The notes: a model not told the origin generated them from the sequence alone. DNA of 32,000 bases from Opitutales bacterium (GCA_049606355.1 JBMYVL010000007.1:55406-87405), one strand, 5' to 3'; counted from the stretch's first letter, positions 17,912 through 27,228 are shown. Numbers and translations: made by a program.

Positions 17912-18809
17912 CCTTTTGTAAGCAAGCGTGCAAGGCAGCTTCGAGCGTCGGCGTTTGCCATTCAAACCCCATCGCGCGAAGTCTTTGCGGATCGATCTGC
18001 ATATCTGCCAACAACGTTTCATCCGCCATCGCACCGAACATCAGACGCGCCATGCAAGCCGGGAGCGGTAGCAAAGCTGGGCGTCGCAACGTGCGGGCCA
18101 GCGCCGCAGTGAATGCCCGGTTGCTCAGTGCCTGCGGCGCCACCGCATTAATCGGCCCCGCCAAGGTAGCATCTTCGATCGCGCGGAGGTATACCGCCAC
18201 TAAATCGGATAAACAGATCCAACTCATGAATTGCTGGCCGGTGCCCAGCCGACCGCCGAGGCCAAGCTTGAACGGGGGTAATAACTTCGCCAGTGCCCCA
18301 CCCTGCGCACTCAGCACGATACCCGTGCGCACCTGAACCACGCGCCCACCCGCATCGCTGAGCGGCTTAGTGGCTGCCTCCCACTCGCGACAGACCTTGG
18401 CCAAAAAGCCTGCACCGCTAGACGACCGTTCATCGGTGCGGGCACGGCACGCATAGCCGTAGTAATTAATACCGGAAGCGAGAATCAACGGCGGTGGCGA
18501 ATCGCGGCGGCACAATTCAGCCACCAGCATCGCCGTGCTCTGCACGCGACTGTCCCGAATGCGCCTGCGGCGAGCCGCCGTCCAACGCTGGGCAATGGGC
18601 TCACCCGCGAGGTGCACCACGGCAGCAACACCATCGAGGGCTGTCGTATCCATCTGGCCGCGTGCCGGATCCCAACAACGCCCGTCCGGCAGAGTCGGTG
18701 CGCGCGAGAGTTCACGGATCGCATAACCACGCGCCTGCAAGGTCCGGCACAAGGCCGAACCAACGAGTCCGGAGGCTCCACTCACCACAATTGTACCCAA
18801 ATCACGCAT
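17892..18809 (-). CDS. TIGR01777-family atypical SDR (epimerase-like, YfcH/SDR39U1 type with a DUF1731 C-terminus)
   Basis: VVSGASGLVGSAL Rossmann motif, HLAGEPIAQRWT block and C-terminal PQRLRAMGFEWQTPTLEAAL. Start trimmed from 18896 to ATG 18809, 4 nt after the photolyase stop. Confidence 0.72.
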   Translation of the reverse strand: MRDLGTIVVSGASGLVGSALCRTLQARGYAIRELSRAPTLPDGRCWDPARGQMDTTALDGVAAVVHLAGEPIAQRWTAARRRRIRDSRVQSTAMLVAELCRRDSPPPLILASGINYYGYACRARTDERSSSGAGFLAKVCREWEAATKPLSDAGGRVVQVRTGIVLSAQGGALAKLLPPFKLGLGGRLGTGQQFMSWICLSDLVAVYLRAIEDATLAGPINAVAPQALSNRAFTAALARTLRRPALLPLPACMARLMFGAMADETLLADMQIDPQRLRAMGFEWQTPTLEAALHACLQKDADGES

Positions 18810-18813
18810 CCCA

Positions 18814-20250
18814 TTAACGTTTAAAGGCTTCAAAGGCTGCCAAGGCGCGCGCACGCCCCTGTGCATGCTCAACAACGGGTTTGGGGTAGTCGACATCCAG
18901 CGTGATACCTGCCGCGTCGAGAACCGCAGCCGGCGCTTCCCAAGGCGTGTGGATATACTTCGCGGGTAAACGCGCCAACTCGGGAACGAAGCGCTTTACA
19001 TAGGCGCCCTCGGGATCAAATTTTTTGCCCTGAATGATCGGATTAAACACGCGGAAATACGGCGCCGCATCTGCCCCACAACCACCGCTCCATTGCCAGC
19101 CAAGCGTGTTACTCGCCAAGTCCGCATCGACCAAGGTATCCCAAAACCAGCGGGCGCCCTGCTGCCAGTCCTGCAGCAAATGCTTCACCAACAACGACGC
19201 AGCAATCATACGCACGCGATTGTGCATCCAGCCGGTCTGCCACAACTCGCGCATTCCCGCGTCCACAATGGGGTAGCCGGTTTTTCCCATCTGCCAACGG
19301 TGTTGCAACTCTGCATCATACTCCCAGGGGAAGTTTGCATACTGCGGCTGTAAGGGCTGGTCGGGTGTCTGCGGAAAATGGTAGAGCACATGGTAGGCGA
19401 ACTCCCGCCAGTATATCTCCTTCAAAAAGACATGCGGACCCTGCTGGGATGCATCGCAATGCGTTTGGAGTGCGCGGACGATCTGCCGCGGGCCAATCTG
19501 CCCGAAATGCAGGTAGGGCGAGAGCTGGGAGGTGCCGACCTGATCCGGCCGGTCGCGCGCTGCCGAGTAATCCGCGACAGGCCCGTGTAGAAAATTTTGC
19601 AAACAGTGGTGTGCACCCGCTTCAGACACCTCCCAGCGATCTGCAAACCCGACATGCCAATCTATGTCTGGCATGAGCTGTAGCTCCTCCAAGGCGAGCG
19701 TAGGCGGCATCCGCTCGATACAACGCAGCGCCGCGACATCCACTTCGACGGGTGCCGGAGGTGTCCGCGCAGAGACCGTTTTGAAATACGGGGTATAGAC
19801 CTTGTAAGGCTGGCCTGACTGACTGCTCACTGTATGGGGTTCGTTGAGCAAAGCAGAATTAAAACTCTGGACGTCCAACCCGTCCTCAAAGAAGGCACGC
19901 TTGCACTGCGCATCCAACTCGCGCAGTGGGCTCTCGTAGCGCCGATTCCAAAAAATACGGGTCGCGCCCGTTTCACGTGCCAGCTCCTGGAGTATCTGGA
20001 GTGACGGTCCTTTGCGTAGAATCAATCCGCCACCGAGCTCGCGGAACACCCGCTGGAGGCTGTGCAAGGCATGGTGCAGCCACCATTTCGAGGCCGCGCC
20101 CGGCTGCCAGTTACCAAACGATTGTGGGTCCCAAATAAAGACTGGGACGACCGGACTGCCGGCAGCAATGGCAGCCGCCAGTGCCGCATTGTCAGCAATA
20201 CGCAGATCATTTCGTAACCATAGCAGTGTCGGAGCAGTGTTCACACTCAA
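18814..20250 (-). CDS. phr: deoxyribodipyrimidine photo-lyase (class I CPD photolyase/cryptochrome family)
   Basis: LLWLRNDLRIADNAAL N-terminus and the FAD-binding C-terminal blocks TGYPIVDAGMRELWQTGWMHNRVRM and LGWQWSGGCGADAAPYFRVFNP. TTG start at 20250 (GTG alternative at 20244). Confidence 0.9.
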   Translation of the reverse strand: MSVNTAPTLLWLRNDLRIADNAALAAAIAAGSPVVPVFIWDPQSFGNWQPGAASKWWLHHALHSLQRVFRELGGGLILRKGPSLQILQELARETGATRIFWNRRYESPLRELDAQCKRAFFEDGLDVQSFNSALLNEPHTVSSQSGQPYKVYTPYFKTVSARTPPAPVEVDVAALRCIERMPPTLALEELQLMPDIDWHVGFADRWEVSEAGAHHCLQNFLHGPVADYSAARDRPDQVGTSQLSPYLHFGQIGPRQIVRALQTHCDASQQGPHVFLKEIYWREFAYHVLYHFPQTPDQPLQPQYANFPWEYDAELQHRWQMGKTGYPIVDAGMRELWQTGWMHNRVRMIAASLLVKHLLQDWQQGARWFWDTLVDADLASNTLGWQWSGGCGADAAPYFRVFNPIIQGKKFDPEGAYVKRFVPELARLPAKYIHTPWEAPAAVLDAAGITLDVDYPKPVVEHAQGRARALAAFEAFKR

Positions 20251-20336
20251 CTAAGCGTACTGCACGATCAAAACTTACACCCCAGAAGTACCGACTCCCA
20301 CTTGATTCTTTTCCAAAAGCTGGCAGCATCGCTGGC

Positions 20337-20942
20337 ATGAATACTTTCACCGCCATCCAAGAACGTCGTTCGATCAAACATTTCGATCCCCAGCACCAAA
20401 TGTCCGCTGCAGAAATCCGCCAATTGATGGAAGCGGCGCTGCTCTCACCCACTTCATTTAACATGCAGAATTGGCGCTTTGTGGTGGTGACGGAAGCTGA
20501 GAAAAAAGAAGCCATCCGCGCCGCCGCGTGGAACCAGGCGCAATGCAGCGAAGCCTCGATCGTGATACTCCTCTGCGCAAATCTGCAGGCCCACGAGGAC
20601 GGTGAACGTTACTGGATCCATGCACCACAAGCGGTGCGTGATGTTCTGGTGCCGATGATTGCACCTTTCTATGAAACGAACCCACAACTACAGCGTGATG
20701 AAGCGATGCGCTCCATCGGCATCGCCGCGCAAACGCTTATGCTCAGCGCGAAAGCCATGGGCTACGACAGTTGCCCGATGATCGGGTTTGATCCGAAAAA
20801 AGTTGCGGAGATCATCCATCTCCCCGAGCAGCATTTAATCGGAATGATGCTAACTGTCGGCAAAGCCATCCAGCCCGCCAATGAGCGCGGGGGGCAACTC
20901 CCATACGAGGAAGTCGTTTTCGGCGAAGCATTTTCTAAATAA
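20337..20942 (+). CDS. nitroreductase-family NAD(P)H flavin oxidoreductase
   Basis: MNTFTAIQERRSIKHFD and SPTSFNMQNWRFVVV blocks. Start trimmed from 20181 to ATG 20337. Divergent from phr. Confidence 0.85.
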   Translation: MNTFTAIQERRSIKHFDPQHQMSAAEIRQLMEAALLSPTSFNMQNWRFVVVTEAEKKEAIRAAAWNQAQCSEASIVILLCANLQAHEDGERYWIHAPQAVRDVLVPMIAPFYETNPQLQRDEAMRSIGIAAQTLMLSAKAMGYDSCPMIGFDPKKVAEIIHLPEQHLIGMMLTVGKAIQPANERGGQLPYEEVVFGEAFSK

Positions 20943-20944
20943 CG

Positions 20945-20973
20945 AAAAAAGCGCCTGCAGAGACACAGGCGCT
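20945..20973 (-). terminator. rho-independent terminator of the phosphohexomutase gene, in a convergent spacer and possibly bidirectional
   Basis: Stem AGCGCCTG/CAGGCGCT with an 8-nt loop. The minus strand continues with TTTTTT. It lies 27 nt after the mutase stop and 8 nt after the nitroreductase stop. Confidence 0.65.
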
Positions 20974-20999
20974 TGAGATTCGATCGATCGGCAGCGAAG

Positions 21000-22967
21000 C
21001 TAGCCCTCGGCGCGCTCACGCGCATCCGCCTCGATCCGCTGTAAAATATCCGCCATCTCCGCCGCGGCATCCGTCTTAATTTGCGGCAGCGCCTCCGGCT
21101 CGATGACATCGCTGCGGCCGAAGACGTAGAATTTAATCTTCGGTTCGGTCCCCGAGCCACGCACGGCAAAGCTATAGCCATTGCTCAACTCGAGGAAATA
21201 GAAATCCTGTGGCGGGATCTTTTTACCATCGGCATCGATAATTTCATCCTTACCGAAATCGGTGAAGCCGGTGACCTCGACCGCGCCGAAAGCTTTAGGG
21301 GCATTCTCCCGATACGAACGGAGGATATTGGCAATCTTCTGGCTGCCGGCCGCACCCTCGTAATAGATGTTAATATTCTGCTCCTGATAGTACCCGTGCT
21401 GCAAGTAGAGCGAATCAAGGAACTCAGGGAAGGTCATTTCCTGAGACTTTAAGTAAGCGGCGAGTTCGCAGAACATGACAACCGCGGCATTCGCATCTTT
21501 ATCGCGCACCTTGTCAGTGGCCAGGTAACCATAACTCTCTTCGCCGCCGACGACAAAGAAGGTGGAATAGTCCATCAATAAGTCGGCACGCGTCCACACA
21601 TCGCACGCATCGTAATCCACTGCGATACCTTCTTCAGCGAGCAGACCTGCTTTCATTTGCGCTTCGTAATCCGCAAGCTTTTCACCGATCCATTTGAATC
21701 CAGTGAGGGTATTGACCGTCTTCAGGCCATGCCAGTCAGCGACTGCCTCCTGCATCGGAGTCGTCACAAACGTTTTAATCAAGGCGGCGCGATCGGTGCC
21801 TTCTTCCGGCAAAATCTCCGCATCCTTGAGGGTGGAAATTCGATATTCGGCGAGCAAGGTGCCAATCTGATTGCCGCTGAGCAGCACCATCTCACCCGCA
21901 CGATTGCGCACGGCGACTCCCATACGGTCGGCATCGGGGTCGGTCGCAATCACCACATCGGCACCGGTCTCATTGGCCTTCGCGATCGCCATTTCCAGCG
22001 CCTCGGCATTCTCCGGATTGGGTGATGCGACAGTCGGGAAGCGGCCATCCTGCACCATTTGCTCCGGCACCTCGATCACATCGATACCGAGATTTTTCAA
22101 CGCGGGCACCGCACTGATCGCGCCAGTTCCATGTATCGGCGTGAACACGACACTCGCTTTTTGCTCCTGCATCACTTCGCGATCCAGCACCATTTCCTCG
22201 AGCACTTGCATATATCCGCTATCCGCAGTTGCATCCAGTGTGACCACTTTTTCCAGATTTATATCCAGGTAGGCGGTCACTTCCTCGAGGCTCACTTGGT
22301 TGACCTGCGCAACAATCGACTCGGCATGAGGGGAGACCACTTGCGCCCCATCCTCAAAGTAGACCTTAAAACCGTTATCATGCGAGGGATTATGGCTCGC
22401 CGTAATCACTGCCCCACAGGTCGCTTGGTAGTGACGCACTGAGAAACTTAACTGCGGCGTGGAGCGTGGCCCATCAAAGATCAATGCCTGCCCACCGAGC
22501 TGCGTCCACGTCGATGCCGCCAACTCGCAGAAATGCCGGGAGAAGTGGCGGACATCATGGGCAATCACGAAGCGCGGCTGCTCCAGTCGTCCATTGGCAT
22601 CGAGATAGCTCTGCACGTAGCGGAACAGCCCGATCGTGGCACGCACCAGATTGAAATCGTTGAGCACATTTGTGCCGACCGCCGCACGAACCGGCGAGCC
22701 CTGCTGTGCCTCCAAATCGCCGGCCTCAACTGCGCTGGAGACACGGCCGATGGTACGCCCACGCATACCACCGGTGCCAAAGGCGAGGTTGCGATAAAAA
22801 CGATCGTTGAGCTCATCCCAGGCCTCCTGCTCGACCAGCTCGCTGATGCTCGCTGCTACCCAACTTGGGAGAAAATCGGCGTTAGCCCAAATTTTCAAAT
22901 TCTCAACACTGCTCTCGAGTAGCTTCCCTTCAGCTGCTGCGCTTTCAATTGTATCGATCAGACTCAT
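21000..22967 (-). CDS. alpha-D-phosphohexomutase family protein (phosphoglucomutase/phosphomannomutase, PgcA-like)
   Basis: Phosphoserine loop TASHNPSHDNGFKVY, metal loop ATDPDADRMG and sugar loop GGEESYGY. Length 655 aa. Confidence 0.88.
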   Translation of the reverse strand: MSLIDTIESAAAEGKLLESSVENLKIWANADFLPSWVAASISELVEQEAWDELNDRFYRNLAFGTGGMRGRTIGRVSSAVEAGDLEAQQGSPVRAAVGTNVLNDFNLVRATIGLFRYVQSYLDANGRLEQPRFVIAHDVRHFSRHFCELAASTWTQLGGQALIFDGPRSTPQLSFSVRHYQATCGAVITASHNPSHDNGFKVYFEDGAQVVSPHAESIVAQVNQVSLEEVTAYLDINLEKVVTLDATADSGYMQVLEEMVLDREVMQEQKASVVFTPIHGTGAISAVPALKNLGIDVIEVPEQMVQDGRFPTVASPNPENAEALEMAIAKANETGADVVIATDPDADRMGVAVRNRAGEMVLLSGNQIGTLLAEYRISTLKDAEILPEEGTDRAALIKTFVTTPMQEAVADWHGLKTVNTLTGFKWIGEKLADYEAQMKAGLLAEEGIAVDYDACDVWTRADLLMDYSTFFVVGGEESYGYLATDKVRDKDANAAVVMFCELAAYLKSQEMTFPEFLDSLYLQHGYYQEQNINIYYEGAAGSQKIANILRSYRENAPKAFGAVEVTGFTDFGKDEIIDADGKKIPPQDFYFLELSNGYSFAVRGSGTEPKIKFYVFGRSDVIEPEALPQIKTDAAAEMADILQRIEADARERAEG

Positions 22968-23036
22968 TCGTTAATTTCTTTGGTATAGTTCTGTGGCAGC
23001 GCCTCAATGAAGCGCTGAGTCAAAAAGTGATCCTGC

Positions 23037-24470
23037 TTACTGGATGATTAATCCATCCACGATTTCCGGCTGATCGGCCAGCGCGGTCCATTGCACGACG
23101 AAATCCGCTTCGTCTGCGGCGAAGCGATGGCTAATTTCAAAATTAATGGTCGGCAAGCCGGTGGCATCCACATCCAAATCGACACCTGCAGCTTGGAGCC
23201 AACGGGCATACATGCGGCGCTGGTCCTCCGCGCAGGTTTTGGGAGAGTCTACGCCCTCGGCATTTTTTACCGGGCTGAAGTCGTCAGCTCGCATGGATTC
23301 AATGATGACGGGGTTGCGCGCCAGCGGAAGGGCGTCAAAAACAAACATTTCAAATTTCACCCCATTCGGCTCAAGCGGGCTTTGTACGACTCCACTCGAA
23401 TCAACGTAGGGAATCTTTTTATTGGCACGGTGAAACGGCAACTGGACATCCGCGGAGTCGCCACCCACACGAGCGATAAAGTCGCGGTCGAAGATGTGGA
23501 TCGCAACACTCCCGGCAACATAGCGGAGACTGCCGTCCTCCGTGGTCGCCTCCTGCATGGCATCCGGCATATCACTGTATTCGACCACGATGGTTTGTCC
23601 CTGCTGGGTGCAAAAATGCCCTACCTTTTCCAAGGGGTAGGCTTTCGGTATCATCTTTGAAGATAATTCGGACTGTCCCAGTACGTGAAACCCGATAAAC
23701 GCAGGGTCGATGATGCGAATCAGCGGATTATCGACCTGAAAATAACTGATGGATTCAACCCCCAGTGCCTGCATCTGCTCGACCGCACCACTACGCACCA
23801 AGGCGCGCAAGGAGCCGCCGTGCCCATCGGGTGTACGCGCAATCGATCCTTTTTCGGTAAGCAGGATCTTGCCCTCCAAGTCAACTGCGGCGATCAAGCC
23901 TTGTACGATAAAGTGAACGCTATCTTGGGGTAAGCCAAAATAGTTATTGGCCTCAAAGTGTGCGACCGTGTCCGCGTTATTAATCTCGCTGGTTAGAATG
24001 AACCAGTGAATGGTCGTTCCGTAGCGACGGCTGCTGCGATCAATCTTTTCGGCAAAGACAGCAAACAGGCTCTTTTGACTGATCGGTGTGACCGGGTAAG
24101 TTCCTTTCGGCCCCTCATAGCCGAGTCGTGTCCCCTGCCCGCCTGCGACGCAAAAAGCGGCGACTTTACCGGCACGAATAGCTGCCTCACCCGCCTCAGT
24201 GGCTGCCTGCCATTGCGCCGGATCACCACCATTGGAGGGCAATGGGATGTATGGGGCCGGCTGCAAGCCGTCCAAATTTACGCCACTGTCATGCGAGCCC
24301 TTTACGTGAGCGTTGACGAGGGCATTGATTTCGGCGAGATCGACCGTTTCAGCCTGGGCCATGAGCTTCGCCTGCGCGGACGCATCCAGTTCGTCCCAGA
24401 AACGAAAGACCTGAGCCTGATCGGCTTGTTCAAAAGCTTCGACAATCGATAAATTAGTATCTGTTTTCAT
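23037..24470 (-). CDS. UDPGP-family UTP-sugar-1-phosphate uridylyltransferase (UAP1/AGX-like, eukaryote-type UDP-GlcNAc/UDP-sugar pyrophosphorylase)
   Basis: Nucleotide-binding loop AAFCVAGGQGTRLGYEGPKGTYPV plus PDGHGG and QVDNPL blocks. Start trimmed from 24542 to ATG 24470 (MKTDTNLS). Confidence 0.82.
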   Translation of the reverse strand: MKTDTNLSIVEAFEQADQAQVFRFWDELDASAQAKLMAQAETVDLAEINALVNAHVKGSHDSGVNLDGLQPAPYIPLPSNGGDPAQWQAATEAGEAAIRAGKVAAFCVAGGQGTRLGYEGPKGTYPVTPISQKSLFAVFAEKIDRSSRRYGTTIHWFILTSEINNADTVAHFEANNYFGLPQDSVHFIVQGLIAAVDLEGKILLTEKGSIARTPDGHGGSLRALVRSGAVEQMQALGVESISYFQVDNPLIRIIDPAFIGFHVLGQSELSSKMIPKAYPLEKVGHFCTQQGQTIVVEYSDMPDAMQEATTEDGSLRYVAGSVAIHIFDRDFIARVGGDSADVQLPFHRANKKIPYVDSSGVVQSPLEPNGVKFEMFVFDALPLARNPVIIESMRADDFSPVKNAEGVDSPKTCAEDQRRMYARWLQAAGVDLDVDATGLPTINFEISHRFAADEADFVVQWTALADQPEIVDGLIIQ

Positions 24471-24571
24471 AAAGTTGCGTGCGCCTTGATAGGTGGACTC
24501 GCGAAAAAAGCAACCGCTGATACCGATCGTAAGGACGATCAAGGTACAATTTTACACTCGTTTGAGAACCA

Positions 24572-24886
24572 TTACGGCTCGCTGGTGAATTTAAAAATGA
24601 CTTCGCCATCGCTGGAGTAACCAAAACGATCGCGAACAACACTCTCGAGGAACTGTGGATCATTGAGGAGTCGTGCGAGATAGACTTCCTTTTTCTCGAA
24701 TTCCTGCTGCGCTTGGAGGAGTTTTGCTTCGATTCGTGCCTGGCGCGCTTCAAACTGCTGAAACTCGCGGTTTTTTCGGATCATTAGGCTGCTGAAAAAG
24801 AGGATCAGCATGACTAGCATCCCAGCCAAGATGAATAGTAGAGCACGCTCTTTGCGCTGCGTTGTTTCGTTCGGCATCAAGCCCAT
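24572..24886 (-). CDS. ftsB: septum formation initiator family protein (FtsB/DivIC-like)
   Basis: 104 aa. One N-terminal TM helix (ALLFILAGMLVMLILFF), a coiled coil (QARIEAKLLQAQQEFEKKEVYLARL) and then DPQFLESVVRDRFGY, which is typical of the family. Confidence 0.7.
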   Translation of the reverse strand: MGLMPNETTQRKERALLFILAGMLVMLILFFSSLMIRKNREFQQFEARQARIEAKLLQAQQEFEKKEVYLARLLNDPQFLESVVRDRFGYSSDGEVIFKFTSEP

Positions 24887-25086
24887 AGAAAATGGCGCTT
24901 CGCGAAAGATTTAAAGCGAAATTTCGACTTTAGCCCAGGTATCCCGAGTGCCCTTTGCCGCTGCTAATGTAATGCAGCACCGCGATCACCCTTCAGCTAA
25001 TGAACCTGACACGCAGCAATCCCCCAATCGTTCGCCGGTGCACAATTGAAATCGACAGCACCGCCATACCTTCTAATTTGGGTTTC

Positions 25087-25443
25087 ATGTGTTTAATGGT
25101 CAGTCAGGTCCTTACAAATATCCGCTCCGCTGCGGTACTTGCCTTACTGAGCATAGGAACGCTTTCGGCTTACGAGCAAGGTACCTACTTTGTCTGCCTC
25201 ATCAGCGAAGATGGGAACGCTCCCGCCGGACGCATCGGCATCACTAGGAGTGATCTCGAGGAAACGAAAACCACCCAGAAACAAGCGCCTGCGACTGCAA
25301 CGGAGCGCAGCAGTGAAGCTGCTGCTACCAAGCAGTCCGGCTTGAATCTGGGCGCATTGAAACAAACCGGAAGCGACTCGGCACTGAAGATTTTTGACAC
25401 TTCGTCGCTTTTCAAAGGAAGCAGCACTCCCAGTCAGAAATAG
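25087..25443 (+). CDS. hypothetical small secreted protein, Thr/Ser/Ala/Lys-rich
   Basis: Signal-peptide-like VLTNIRSAAVLALLSIGTLSAYE is followed by low-complexity sequence. I recognise no family. The start is uncertain (25000, 25087 or 25096). The antisense ORF 25144..25545 competes with it. Confidence 0.35.
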   Translation: MCLMVSQVLTNIRSAAVLALLSIGTLSAYEQGTYFVCLISEDGNAPAGRIGITRSDLEETKTTQKQAPATATERSSEAAATKQSGLNLGALKQTGSDSALKIFDTSSLFKGSSTPSQK

Positions 25444-25444
25444 T

Positions 25445-26098
25445 TCAGGACTTTTTAGTTGGCACCGCCCGCTTGCGATTGGGGTATAAGGTCCGGCAGA
25501 TTTCACACACCGTGCCATTGCAACCACGCGCGGTGCAATGCTCACGCCCGTAAAAAATCATCTGCAAATGAATGTCGTGCCATGCCGCTTCAGGAAAAAG
25601 TCGTTTGAGATCGCGCTCGGTATGGCTCACATTCTTACCGGAGCTCAGGCCCCATCGTTGCGCTAAACGATGAATGTGCGTGTCAACGGGAAAGGCCGGT
25701 TGATTGAATGCCTGCGCCATCACAACCGAAGCGGTTTTATGCCCAACTGCGGGTAAGGCTTCCAATGCTGCCATGTCCGCTGGGACCTGCCCTTGATAGT
25801 GGTCGACTAAAATGCGCGATAAGCCGGCGATGCCTTTCGATTTCATGGGCGAAAGGCCACAGGGTCGTATAATTGCCCGAATCTCATCCACCGACAGCTT
25901 GAGCATTGCATAAGGATTATCGGCCTGCGCAAAGAGCTGAGGCGTAATCTGATTCACGCGTACATCGGTACACTGCGCAGACAGCAGCACCGCGATCAGC
26001 AAGGTATAAGGATCTTTGTGGTCCAAGGGTATCGGCGGATCCGGATACAACTCCTGCAGTCGTTTTAACACAAATGCGGCTCGTTCAGACTTGGTCAT
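25445..26098 (-). CDS. nth: endonuclease III (HhH-GPD DNA glycosylase/AP lyase)
   Basis: PYTLLIAVLLSAQCTDVRVN, catalytic-Lys context VGHKTASVV and VDTHIHRL (Asp). The C-terminus holds four Cys. ATG at 26098 preferred over TTG at 26110. Confidence 0.9.
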   Translation of the reverse strand: MTKSERAAFVLKRLQELYPDPPIPLDHKDPYTLLIAVLLSAQCTDVRVNQITPQLFAQADNPYAMLKLSVDEIRAIIRPCGLSPMKSKGIAGLSRILVDHYQGQVPADMAALEALPAVGHKTASVVMAQAFNQPAFPVDTHIHRLAQRWGLSSGKNVSHTERDLKRLFPEAAWHDIHLQMIFYGREHCTARGCNGTVCEICRTLYPNRKRAVPTKKS

Positions 26099-26193
26099 GG
26101 ATCGATGCAATGAAAATCAGGCCGCTGAGCGCAGGCGAAAAGCCGATACCGGAAAGCCCCGAGATAGCTGCGCTCGCAAATAACCCGCAAACA

Positions 26194-26568
26194 CTACAGG
26201 GTGCATTGAGCCAGCACTTGCTGCAGTTGGTAGATGTTTACCTTCTTATTAAACTGCTTCGTGATCGGAGTCGGATCACTGCCCACCCATATTTTTAACT
26301 CTGCATCCAGGTCAAAATTACCTGACGTCTCGATGCTGAATTTTGTTATCTTAGAAAAAGGGATCGATAAGTACTCCGTCTTCTTACCCGTGAGGCCTTG
26401 AATATCGACAAGGATCAAGCGTCGGTTCGTAAAAAGAAAGGTATCACGCACGACCGAAAAGCCGATCTCGATCTGCTCGCCTTCGACCAAAAGTTGCTGA
26501 TATGTCTCGGTCAATTTGCTGGCATCCACAACTCCAGCGTTCCCTGTAATCATTCCGATAAGTCCCAT
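26194..26568 (-). CDS. bacterial PH-domain protein (bPH_1/DUF1696, YvbH-like)
   Basis: LFTNRRLILVDIQGLTGKKTEYLSIPFSKITKFSIETSGNFDLDAELKIWV matches my recollection of the family. It has one of the few clear Shine-Dalgarno sites in the window (AGGAGGG 3 nt before the ATG). Confidence 0.7.
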   Translation of the reverse strand: MGLIGMITGNAGVVDASKLTETYQQLLVEGEQIEIGFSVVRDTFLFTNRRLILVDIQGLTGKKTEYLSIPFSKITKFSIETSGNFDLDAELKIWVGSDPTPITKQFNKKVNIYQLQQVLAQCTL

Positions 26569-26673
26569 AATCCCTCCTGATTGTATTCGAGCTGGACCAT
26601 AGTCGGAAGCGATGGCTTGCCAATCAAATAACCGCGAAGCGATTGGCCCCCACAGTGCACACGCGCTTCGCTG

Positions 26674-27228
26674 CTATTCGATCACATCCATCTGCTCCTG
26701 CAGCGGTGTTTGCCAATTCGTGCACTGCTCTTTCGCCTGTGCAGTTAGCTGCATAATCAAGCCGGCTCCATATCGGGTGCCCATACCTGCCGCAACGGCC
26801 ATCAGCAAGAGAACCGTCAGGCTGATTATATTCAGACCGATGAAACGCAGCGCTACTGTGCGCATGACGATCCCTAGCGCCAGCAACAAGCCGACCCAAG
26901 GCGATGCATGAGCCAAGTAAGTGAAGCCCCAATCGAAGAGCACCGGCTGCACATTTACAACGACTGCACTATAGACGAATAAGCCACCAATACTAGCTAC
27001 GACCACAACTAAGCTTGTTCTGAGTAAACTGCGTTCGCGGCCCAAAGTACTGGCCAAAAAATGCAGCACTAGAGTCACCGCACAGATAAAAACTAGGATC
27101 AAAAGATAACTTTCAAGCGAGCCATTGGCATAGCCCGTAAACTGTTCCAATTGGTCTTCAACGACCGGTAGTACGCGATGATGCATCAGTAAGATCAGGT
27201 TAAGGAAATCACCCCTTAAACTATGCAA
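26674..27228 (-). CDS. hypothetical integral membrane protein (about 4 TM helices)
   Basis: Hydrophobic segments YLLILVFICAVTLVLHFL, LVVVVASIGGLFVYSAVVV, VGLLLALGIVM and IISLTVLLLMAVAAGMG. I recognise no motif. TTG start at 27228 or ATG at 27186. Confidence 0.5.
   Translation of the reverse strand: MHSLRGDFLNLILLMHHRVLPVVEDQLEQFTGYANGSLESYLLILVFICAVTLVLHFLASTLGRERSLLRTSLVVVVASIGGLFVYSAVVVNVQPVLFDWGFTYLAHASPWVGLLLALGIVMRTVALRFIGLNIISLTVLLLMAVAAGMGTRYGAGLIMQLTAQAKEQCTNWQTPLQEQMDVIE

Noticed and set aside
17892-18809. Calling the TIGR01777-type SDR OleD
   Set aside because: Its motifs (HLAGEPIA..RW and the DUF1731-like C-terminus) point to the YfcH/SDR39U1 group, not the 3-beta-HSD-like OleD family. 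I kept this only as a hypothesis in the cluster finding.
20181-20336. N-terminal 52 codons of listed ORF 20181..20942
   Set aside because: The nitroreductase homology begins at the internal ATG 20337 (MNTFTAIQERRSIKHF). The upstream part overlaps the phr start region. Similar trimming was applied at 5979, 7652, 7810, 10721, 17911, 18809, 24470, 26098 and 30737.
23091-23660. 189-aa ORF antisense to the UDPGP-family gene
   Set aside because: Same reasoning: a shadow ORF within a well-supported gene.
24454-24753. 99-aa minus-strand ORF overlapping ftsB in another frame
   Set aside because: The FtsB frame has the expected TM, coiled-coil and DPxF architecture. This frame is Ser/Arg-rich noise.
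25144-25545. 133-aa ORF antisense to the putative secreted protein and overlapping the nth 3' end
   Set aside because: It overlaps the well-supported nth C-terminus, so I kept the plus-strand ORF with a signal-peptide-like start, though only at low confidence.
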